DNA of 64,000 bases from Mayamaea pseudoterrestris (lineage: Eukaryota): NCBI GenBank assembly GCA_027923505.1, contig BROI01000021.1, forward strand, positions 186,001 through 250,000. Reading direction: 5' to 3'. How positions within the stretch are numbered: the first letter of the stretch is position 1; every line of letters begins with the position of its first letter. Below are positions 11,427-20,717 of this stretch, in pieces. Both the position numbers and the translations under genes were made by a program. The notes under the pieces were generated by a model. That model was given only the letters and a program-made list of their open reading frames with translations. It was not told the origin of the DNA and did no database searches.

Positions 11427-11440
11427 TTTTCTCCAAGAAG
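11427..11440 (+). promoter_or_regulatory. Primer-binding-site position; non-tRNA type, complementary to LTR segment 11329-11342
   Basis: TTTTCTCCAAGAAG is the exact reverse complement of CTTCTTGGAGAAAA in the LTR. It lacks the TGG expected of a PBS pairing with a tRNA 3' CCA. Confidence 0.8.
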
Positions 11441-11453
11441 CGAGTGAAAAGAC

Positions 11454-14400
11454 ATGTCTTCGACGAGCAATACTCCGACGACAGGAGCGGCGTCGAGCGG
11501 TGGAGGTGCACCTCCCGCTCCGCCAGCAAGCGAAGGAAACCGACGCAACCGTCATTATCGTCGTGGGAATCGTGCTGGGAATCGTTCCGGGAATCAAGGC
11601 AATGGTAACAGACTCAACGGACCGAGTCGTGCGCCGAGTGGAAATTTCCAAGGAAGCGAGCCGACGCTCGCTGGATTCATCTACGACTATAACGGTTCGC
11701 GCGATCCCGATGGATTCATCCGTACGACGAACGAGATCATCACTTTCGTCGGGCGCTCCTACAAGAAATATACCAAGGAGCTGCTCAAGGGCATGCGCAA
11801 CGTGGAACTGGAGATTCCTGACGAGCCTGCACGTCCAACGAAGGATGCCGACACGACGGACTCGGACTGGTCCATAATGCTCGAGGAATACAAGGCCGAC
11901 AAGAAAGAGCATGTCGAGCGCGTGCGTGTATACTCCGACTTCCTCGCTGGTCTCTACGCCGTGTTGCATGGACAATGCACGGAGCGTATGAAGGATCGTG
12001 TCAAGTCGCACGCCAAGTTCCGAGACGCCGAGGAGGACACGGACGGAATTAAGTTGCTGGCGATTATCAAGGAGATCTCGCATACGTACGAAGGGCGCTG
12101 CAAACTTGTGGATCAAGTCGTGGCATTCAAGCTGAGTTGTTCGGACGTACTCAAGGAGCGCGCGAAAGCCTGCAGAAATATTACGAAAGCATGGTCACGC
12201 TGGCAGACGTGGCGAAGGCGGTTGGCGTCACGATGCACAACGAGATTGTGGCGTTGAACATTGCCAAGGATGACAATCGTAACAAGGCGAACAAGGAGGA
12301 TATCAAGGCCGCCGAAGAGCTCGAGCTTGCGATGCTTTTCGTGCGTGGCGCAACGGGCGAATACGCTGGGTATTGCAAGCACTTGCGCAACTGCTACCTC
12401 GACGGGCACGACAACTTCCCGTTGACGATCCACGATGCATACAACATCATGCAGCGTCGTGAGCATGCGGATGGAGAAGCCACGTTGCCAACGAACGAGG
12501 GCGTGGCGTTTCACACGACTGGTACAGCGCGTGACCCTCCCAGATGCTGGACCTGTCAACAGGTTGGTCATGTGCAGCGAGACTGTCCTACGAGAACGGA
12601 GTCTACGGAGAGTGCGCCGGCTGCAGAGGCTAGTGGGGCGCAGCACTTCACGCTGGGTAGCGAGGAAGAAAGCGATGACGACGATGAGGTCGGATACATG
12701 TTCGCGCAGCCGCCGAAGGTGAACATCTCGAAGAAGGCTGTGCTCTTGGACAATCAGTCGACAGTGGATCTGTTCTGCAACGCCAAGATGCTGACGAACA
12801 TTCGCCCGGTGCCAACGTGGATGGTGATCAGGTGCAACGCTGGTACAGTAAGGACGAACATGATGGGCGACCTGGAGGGCTATGGTCCGGTGTGGTGGTA
12901 TCCGCAGGGACTGGCGAACATTTTGAGTTTGGCGCAAGTCCGCAAGAAGTTTACCGTGGAGTATCTCATGCACGGCGTGGATCGTCCAATGTTCGTTGTG
13001 GAGAAGCCGGATGGTAAGCAGCGAGAGTTTGTCGAGACTGACTCTGGGCTGTATGTTTGCGAGAGCTTTTCGAAGGGCAAGCGCAGCGATGTCAAGGATG
13101 GAGTGGCGATGTTGACTACGGTAGACGATAACCGTACTAACTACACCAATGATGACTATTTACGCGCTGTTAGAGCTAGGGAACTGCAAATCAAAATTGG
13201 ACGGCCAAGCCTCAAGGATTACCTGCGCATCGTTACTAGCAATCAGTTGCCGAACTGTCCTGTGACGAAGGCCGACATCCTGGCTGCTGAGCACATCTTT
13301 GGACCAGATGTTGGCTCGTTAAAGGAAAGACGACGCGTCGCGCGTCGCATCTGGTGAAGCCTGCGATTGTTGAGCAGCTTCCACCGGCTATCATGAGTCG
13401 CTATCGAGACGTTACTCTTTGTGCTGACATCATGTATATCAACAAAGTCCCTATGTTGGTGACGTTCTCCCGCAGCATTCGTTTTGCTACGGTTGAGGTG
13501 ATTCAAAACCGTACGCTTCCGGTTATGTTGAAGGCAATCGAGTCTGTGTTGAAGATTTACGCACGCGGTGGGTTCCGTGTCGTCGCGGCTCTGATGGATG
13601 GGGAGTTCGCTCCAATGCTTGGCGCGTTGGCTGATCTCGGAGTGGCGCTCAATGCGACATCTGAGGATGAACACGTTGGCGAAATTGAACGTTTTATCCG
13701 TGTCGTGAAAGAACGGGTGCGCGCGACATACAACACGTTGCCATTTAAGCACGTGCCGGCACGCTTGGTTATCGAAATGACGAAGTCTGCCGTGCTTTTG
13801 CTGAATGCGTTTCGAACGAGCGTGGCATTTCGAAGGATCTCAGTCCACGCACTATTGTGACTGGTCAGACAGTTGACTTTAATCGGCATTGCAAGTATGA
13901 ATTTGGTCAGTATGTGCAAACGCATGAGTCGCACAGCAATGACATGCAGGCGCGCACGATCGGTGCGCTGGCTCTGCGCCCGACTGGTAATGTGCAGGGT
14001 GGGTTTTATTTCCTCAGTTTGTCTTCGGGCAAAGTTCTGAATCGTGGGCACGCTACGCCTTTGCCCATGCCTGATGATGTCATTGAGCGCGTGCATCGTC
14101 TCGCTCGTCAACAGAAGGCCAATCCGGGCATCGTGTTCATGGACCGCCACCGTGTTGCGGAGGCTGCTGAGCCAGTCATGTGGCACGAAGATGACGCCGA
14201 GGATGATGATGACTCTGATTATGATGACGACGCTTCTCGCGGTGACGACGACTCTGCCGGCGGAAGCGAAGGAGTGAATGCGACCGATGACGACGACGAC
14301 GACGACGATGGTGCTGACGGCGCAATCGAAGGAGTGCCGAACGACGAGGATGGTGAGGCCATTGACGGCGAACTTGACGACGCGCCAGCCGTGGATGATG

Positions 14401-16297
14401 GCGAAATTGAAGGAGTGCCCGATGAAGGCGAAATTGAAGGAGTGCCAGCTGCTGCAGACGAAGAGGATTTCGATGCGCGCTATGGCCCACGCACTGGTCG
14501 GTATGGCCTGCGTGCGCGCAAACCTCGCTCGTTCGCTCATTTGTTCACGCTCGACGCTGCAGAGGAAGTGTCGGAGCCACTCGTCACGGCACAGATGAAT
14601 ATGCGACAAGGTTTAAAGGCTTTTGGCGATGCTGGAGTGGAGGCAGTGCGCAAGGAAATGCAGCAGCTACACGACAGGCACGTGACGAAGGCAGTCCCCC
14701 CAATGCACTCTGACTCCGCAGCAGCGCAAGGACGCTCTGGCGTATTTGATGTTTCTCAAGAGCAAAAGATGAGGATCTGCGAAGGGACGCGGATGCGCGG
14801 ATGGACGCAAGCAACGAGCATACACTGCAAAGGAAGACGCAGCATCTCCAACGATAGCGACAGAGGCCATCTTTCTGACAGCTATCATTGACGCTATGGA
14901 AGGGCGCGAGGTTGCTGTGGTTGATGTACCGGGTGCTTTCATGCAAGCGGAAATGGATGAGTTGGTGCACGTTCGTTTCACTGGGAAGATGGTGGAGCTA
15001 CTGTTGGAAATTGATCGCGAGATGTACGAGCCTTGCGTCACAATGGAGAATGGCGAGAAAGTCATGTATGTTGAATTACTCATGGCGCTTTATGGTACGC
15101 TTCGAGCAGCGCGACTATTCTGGGAGAAGTTGTCCGCAAAATTGCTTGAGTGGGGCTTCGAGAAGAACCCGTACGATCCGTGTGTGTGCAACAAGATTGT
15201 CAATGGGAAGCAAATCACCGTGGGATGGCACGTGGACGATTTGAAGATTTCGCACGTCGACGTGAGCGTAGTGGATGAGTTCATCGCGCAGATGGATGAG
15301 GAGTTTGGCAAGGAGACTCCAATGAATAAGTCACGCGGAAAAGTGCACGACTACCTCGGCATGGTATTGACTATACTAAGCCTGAGAAGTAGCAATCAAC
15401 ATGGTTGACTATGTGAAGAACATCCTGCATCATGCGCCAGACGACATGGATGGAACGGCAGCTACTCCGGCAGCCAGTCACTTGTTTCAGATATCGGAAA
15501 ATCCTGTCATGTTGAGCGAAGCGAAGAAGCAGATTTTTGTGACGATTGTGATGCAGTGTCTGTATCTGAGTCAGCGAGCGCGACCGGATATTCGCACAGC
15601 GATTTCTTTCTTGAGCACGAGGCTGCAGCAGCCTGACGAAGACGACTATAAGAAGGCTGCAAGAGTGATTAAATATTTACGCGGAAGCGTGGACATGGTG
15701 TTGACGCTGAAGGCGGACCAGTCCGGGATAGTCCAGTGGTGGGTGGATGCGTCGTACGCGGTGCACCCAGACATGAAGGGTCACACTGGTGGAACAATGA
15801 CACTTGGCCAAGGATCAGTGTACAGTACGTCGGCTAAACAGAAGTTGGTAACAAGAAGCTCGACGGAGAGCGAAGTTGTGGGAGTTCATGATGTGCTACC
15901 GCAGTTGCTGTGGACAGGATATTTTCTGAAGGCGCAAGGTTTCGGGGTCAAAGACACGAAATTGTATCAAGACAATATGAGTTCAATGCTGTTGGAAAAG
16001 AATGGCAGAAGCTCAAGTACAAAGCGCACGCGACACATGAATGTTCGGTACTTCTTTGTGAAAGATCGCGTGGCAGCTGGTGAAGTCAACATTGAGCATT
16101 GTCCGACCGGAGACATGGTCGCGGATTTCTTCACGAAACCATTGCAGGGAGCCCAGTTTGGCAAGCTCCGCAACCTGGTTATGAATCTGGCCTCGAGCAG
16201 TAAGTACTACTCGGCCCAAAGGAGTGTGTTGAGCATGGATGAGAACCCAAACCGAAGCGGCAGCGGTGACGTCACGAAGACGGTCACATTTAAGTAA
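11454..16297 (+). pseudogene. Gag-Pol polyprotein, broken in this sequence by about 6 single-base indels and one TGA (real lesions or read errors)
   Basis: Zinc knuckle CWTCQQVGHVQRDC (12545-12586), protease LLDNQST, integrase ADIMYIN/DGEF/EHVGEIERFIR, RT VDVPGAF/LYG/WHVDD (15226-15240), RNaseH WVDASYA/TRHMNVRYFFVKD/DFFTKPLQG. Spread across ORFs starting at 11454, 12137, 13354, 13857, 14896 and 15401. Confidence 0.9.
16218..16226 (+). promoter_or_regulatory. Short polypurine-tract-like motif
   Basis: AAAGGAGTG directly abuts the 3' LTR, the canonical PPT position. Confidence 0.65.
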
Positions 16298-16437
16298 GCG
16301 CGGTAAGCGGCAACCGAAGGAGTGGATCGAGGACGATCACTTCTTGGAGAAAATAAGTAAAGTGGTTTTATTGACTCTGTTCTGCTTAATCATTAGTGTC
16401 GCTTCAAGGGCGCGCAAGATATATTCTAGATCCAACA
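16227..16437 (+). repeat. 3' LTR
   Basis: Identical copy of 11216-11426, followed immediately by TSD CAATG. Confidence 0.97.
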
Positions 16438-16568
16438 CAATGCAATGTTGCGTTTCGACGGCGAAAGATTTGTCGCACCACTTCTCATGTTTTGTCATAG
16501 TGGTAGTCAAGTTCCCTCGTAAAGGCAAGCGATCGGCCGCTTATTTTTTGAGGAGCACGTCGTGAGCC

Positions 16569-17519
16569 ATGATACTTCCCTCCGTCGCAAACATGCTGAT
16601 TGTTTCACTCGTTTTCCGTATACTAATAGCACTATCGTGTATAACAAGTACAAAAGCCGCTCACTCGCGTAAACGAGCCGTTGTTTACGCTCGAGCCGCG
16701 GACAAGTACGATCGCGCCATTTCCACCTTTGATTCTTCGGGGCGATTGCTGCAAGTCGACTATGGACGCAACGCTGCCAGTCGAGGCTCCAGTATATTAG
16801 CATTTATACACGAATACAAGAATGTCACCGCCGATATTGAGACGAATGGATCTACTGCGAGCTCAATGGAATCCATTTACGTTCTTGTCGCTTCGCCATC
16901 ATCGTTTAAAGTTCACCGCATCGACCATCACGTCTTCATATTGACTTCGGGGTTAGCTGGAGATGGAAGGTTCTTGGCCGAGCATTTGAGGCAGCATTGT
17001 CAGTCACTCCGACAAGCCTACGGACACGCACCATCCATCTATCAAGTCGCTCAGCGAGCGGCTCGCCTACAACACTACTTGACTAGGACAGCTGGAGCTA
17101 GACCACTTGGAACCACGGCCATGATTATTGGATTTGATGAGAATCAGCATGATGAGAACTCTGCTGCTTTAACGGCTCGCATTTATCGCACGGATCCAGG
17201 GGGAATATTGGAGGATTGCAAATACTTTGTCTCCGGCCAGCACCAAGACGCTATCCTACGAATGCTTCCAGAAGCAATGGACACGAATGACGCAACAGGT
17301 GATTGTCAATTTGACGTTATTGCAAAACTAATTCAGACCATGGCCAAGGCGAGCGCTGCTTTTGCCGAAAAAATAAACCCATTGGCGTTGGATGTTTGGA
17401 TGCTACAACGCAATTCGTCATGTCGAGGTACTTTACAAACGACATGTCTACTCAATGTCAAGGCGGATGATGCAGCTGGTATGAGCAGGCTCAAGTCGCA
17501 CTTGACAACCAATGCATAG
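16569..17519 (+). CDS. Divergent 20S proteasome alpha-type subunit with N-terminal signal peptide
   Basis: Alpha N-terminal signature YDRAISTFDSSGRLLQVDYG; KVHRIDHH, SGLAGDGR, GARPLG, IYRTDPGG; preceded by hydrophobic leader LIVSLVFRILIALSCITSTKA. Confidence 0.85.
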   Translation: MILPSVANMLIVSLVFRILIALSCITSTKAAHSRKRAVVYARAADKYDRAISTFDSSGRLLQVDYGRNAASRGSSILAFIHEYKNVTADIETNGSTASSMESIYVLVASPSSFKVHRIDHHVFILTSGLAGDGRFLAEHLRQHCQSLRQAYGHAPSIYQVAQRAARLQHYLTRTAGARPLGTTAMIIGFDENQHDENSAALTARIYRTDPGGILEDCKYFVSGQHQDAILRMLPEAMDTNDATGDCQFDVIAKLIQTMAKASAAFAEKINPLALDVWMLQRNSSCRGTLQTTCLLNVKADDAAGMSRLKSHLTTNA

Positions 17520-18006
17520 ACTCGTGACCATGCAAGGAGCAGGCGCGGTCATCAACAATATATACTGTTCGAGACATGGTTGTGCGCGGCGACACCAGCT
17601 GCAAAAATGGCTGGAACGTGTGAACAAAGCGAATGTGTGGAAGGTAGTGGCTGTACAACTGTCTGTAGACTGGCCCTTGCAAAAAATATATTTATGCGGC
17701 GATAATAGCGCTCTGTTCGCCGGCGTCGTTGCACCTCACAACGACGACCTGCATGAATGAGGTAGAGCCGATTTTACTTGACCAATACATGCATACACTA
17801 GTCATAAACACTGTTGTTTATTAATAAAATTTAAACATGTATTTTCGGCCAAGCAAGATGTAAAAATTCTGCGCCATTAGGAACAGTGCCTGCCAGGTGC
17901 CATTGACCTCCCTCCATTCTCCTGCCAGCATTCCAGTCGTATACCGACATTAAACGATAACAAATAGTGTGGACTCGCGCACAGCCAGGCAATGCCATTT
18001 ACGCCT

Positions 18007-18495
18007 CTAGTCTGATGGAAATCTTGATTCTGAAATGGCATCCAGATCATCATTGTCAACGGCATCGTTGCTGCCGGCTTCCAAAAACAGCACACTCTCC
18101 GATCGTTGCATAACGACATCGTCTTCAACATCCTCCCGTTCACATATGCTTGTTGCTCGCTTGTTGATGCAGAGTTCTCTTCCCTCCATGGAAAGGTGAC
18201 TGGAAAATGACAATTGCTTCAGGACTTGATCCTCAGTTGCCAGCCTTCGGCGATGAAATCCACGAACCGATTCACAGTCATTTCCAATCGAGCCAGACCG
18301 ACCAGTCATCGCTCTGGCATGATAATCCGGTTGAAGGTCCTGCATCATTATCGTCATTCGTTGCTGCTGCTTGGCGGCATTTTCATCGCGATCCTTACGT
18401 ATAATGGCATCTAGGTCGTCGCTCATTAGGTCCTCCGAGTAGTATCGACCGTCGTAACAGACGGAGCAGTACGATAAGGAAGCTTTGTTTCCCAT
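18007..18495 (-). CDS. Small hypothetical protein
   Basis: ATG-started 162-aa ORF in an otherwise gene-free gap; MGNKAS start compatible with N-myristoylation. Confidence 0.45.
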   Translation of the reverse strand: MGNKASLSYCSVCYDGRYYSEDLMSDDLDAIIRKDRDENAAKQQQRMTIMMQDLQPDYHARAMTGRSGSIGNDCESVRGFHRRRLATEDQVLKQLSFSSHLSMEGRELCINKRATSICEREDVEDDVVMQRSESVLFLEAGSNDAVDNDDLDAISESRFPSD

Positions 18496-18953
18496 GAGTC
18501 AGTCTATACAGCCAGCAGATTCGAAGGAAAACAAGTTTACCACCTGCAGTTCGACAAGATAGAAATCTTGTGCCCAAACTATCATGCGTTGTCGTCATGT
18601 TCCGCGGAAACAGCAAGGGCCTTGCAGCGTCTTGATTCGTGCCCATCATGCGTTTCCACGACACGGCCGTTGCGCCAGTCATAGATTCGACGTCGATCAT
18701 ATGCATACTCACGCCCAAGCCTCGCTCATTGGATAAAGGTGCGCAATGAGCAACCGATGGTCAACGACCCGGTCGGTTCCGCGTTTTGGCGATGAAGGCG
18801 TCACGCGTCAATGACGCCGAATAGACTGTGACCTTATGTGTAAAATTTTAATGTGAGTCGTACCGGTTCACACCTGTCGAAGAAGGGAGGGCGATCGAGT
18901 TAGATCGAACGTTTCGCGACCGCTCACACAGGGACAGCGCAACAAGCGTAACC

Positions 18954-19736
18954 ATGACTACCGCTAGTAACGGCAAGACAAATATCAAGGTCTCTACGCT
19001 GATATTTGACGTAGACGACACTCTTTATGACGCTGAATGTGGATTCTCTAACCACCGCAATACTCAAGGTGCGCCCCTGTTCATGCAGGAGTTCCTTGGC
19101 TTGGATCAAGACACTGCACTTGAAATTCGTAACAAGTACTTTTCAAAGTATCACTCGACAGCCAAGGCTCTGGCAGTTGCTCAGGATGATGGAGTTTTTG
19201 GTGACAAGCAATTCAAGCAGCAAGATTTGGAAGAATTCTTTGCAACCCGACTTGAATTTGACATGCTTGGCGGTCCGAAAGAGCAACTGGCCACCGATTT
19301 AGCTACATGTTCTTGTCGACTAGTTGCCTTTTCAAATGGACCAAGGGCTTACGTGAAACGAGTCTTGAAAGAGCTTGGACTTTCGCAAGTTTTCGGCGAC
19401 GACAAGCTGTTCGCCGTCACGGACACGTTACCTGCTTGCAAACCGGAGAAGGAAGCTTTCGACAAGATATTTGAAGCGTTTGGAATCAAAGCAGAGGATA
19501 GCATTATGGTTGAAGACAGTATGAAGAACATTATACGCGCCAAAGAGCTTGGACTTTACACCATACTAGTCACTGGCAAGCCAATCGATGACGACCATCG
19601 GAACGACGACGCTCCCGACGCTAGCCACCCTGCCGTCGATTTGGCCATTGAAAGCGTGCAAGACTTGAAACATGTCATGCCTAGTTTGTGGGCGACGCCT
19701 CCAACGTTTCAAGTGTCGAGTAAAAGTATAGTTTGA
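18954..19736 (+). CDS. HAD-superfamily hydrolase, pyrimidine 5'-nucleotidase (SDT1-like)
   Basis: HAD motif I FDVDDTLY, motif II FSN, motif III CKP, motif IV VEDSMKN. Confidence 0.85.
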   Translation: MTTASNGKTNIKVSTLIFDVDDTLYDAECGFSNHRNTQGAPLFMQEFLGLDQDTALEIRNKYFSKYHSTAKALAVAQDDGVFGDKQFKQQDLEEFFATRLEFDMLGGPKEQLATDLATCSCRLVAFSNGPRAYVKRVLKELGLSQVFGDDKLFAVTDTLPACKPEKEAFDKIFEAFGIKAEDSIMVEDSMKNIIRAKELGLYTILVTGKPIDDDHRNDDAPDASHPAVDLAIESVQDLKHVMPSLWATPPTFQVSSKSIV

Positions 19737-19824
19737 TTCAATTTAGAAGCATTAGATGAAAACCTGCGAAAGATTACCAAGACTCTCGTGTCGAAATGCA
19801 TTTACTTTCCAGACTTATATATAT

Positions 19825-20398
19825 TCATTGTCGCTGTTCCAGTTCCTGCACGCATTTTTCCAATTTATTCGAGTCTGCTCCAGTGAATCGTTCTACAGCC
19901 GTCTCTCCATCAAAAAGGATAAATGTTGGAACGGCTGAAATTTCAAAGTTGACGGCCGCAACGTCGTTCTCGTCAATGTCAATCTTGCCAAAAGCAATGC
20001 CTGTATACTTTTTGGACATGTCTTCGAACATTGGTTTGATCATTTTACAAGCTGTGTGTATAATATGATATACAATGTTTCGTATGAGTGGCGAAGGACG
20101 TGAGAGGAAGTAAAGGTGTACACACTGTTCATGCAACGCAACACTAACGTCGTCATCTGTTGCTCAATCGACAGAGTCTTCTCCTGTGACACTAATGTAA
20201 CAAGTACTTACGGCCGCACCAATTGGCAGTAAAGTACATAACCGACTTTTGGTTAATCATGCGAAACTTCTCGACGGCCGATTCGTCCGATAGATTGACA
20301 ACAGCAGAAAAGCTGCGATGATTATGATTTCGCAAAAGCGATTTTGCGAAGCCTGCTGATCGACTCTGATTATAAATAGCGCGAGCAAACATCATCAT
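19825..20398 (-). CDS. Thioredoxin, probably mitochondrial; exons 20398-20212 and 20051-19825
   Basis: Splicing the GTAAGT...CACAG intron (20211-20052) rebuilds the WCGPC active site; SAVPTF cis-Pro motif; Arg/Ser-rich leader ending RSFS. Confidence 0.9.
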
Positions 20399-20717
20399 TG
20401 TAGAGGAAGCTTCACAATCAAGGTTGTGCGCGAATTACACCATTAAGGATGGCGAAGCGATGGTGAGTCGCTGCGACCTACGGTACTCCATCCTGTACAG
20501 TACTGGAAAGGCAATAGTAACAATGACGTAAATGATAAACCGGTAAGACACGTCACACCTTTCAACCGTATCGCAACGGGATTTCTTGTCACTCACCATG
20601 GCGCAAGGCATGACTGTTGTAAATAAAAGCGTCCAGCATTGACCTTTCTCAACGTAAAAAACACAGTCCAATCAACCACGTACAGCCAATCTCATACGGG
20701 AGAGAATTATTGCTGAC

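Larger units (their letters stand above)
11216..16437 (+). mobile_element. Full-length Ty1/copia LTR retrotransposon (diatom CoDi-like), 5222 bp
   Basis: Two identical 211-bp LTRs with TGTTG...CAACA termini; 5-bp TSD CAATG (11211-11215 and 16438-16442); internal domain order gag-protease-integrase-RT-RNaseH, which is the copia order. Confidence 0.97.

Noticed and set aside
11228..11608. ORFs starting inside the LTRs (11228-11608 and 16239-16565)
   Set aside because: They share only LTR sequence and diverge at the LTR edge; no evidence of a real protein.
12120..12145. Possible programmed ribosomal frameshift within gag
   Set aside because: No slippery heptamer is seen, it falls before the zinc knuckle, and it is one of several similar single-base lesions.
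11415..14609. Long antisense ORFs inside the retrotransposon (11415-12116, 12113-12973, 13557-14609)
   Set aside because: No recognisable motifs; they break near the same places as the sense frame and are best explained as shadows of gag-pol codon bias.
14770..14772. In-frame TGA in RT as programmed read-through or selenocysteine
   Set aside because: It lies within the RT domain of an already error-ridden copy; a point error or mutation is simpler.
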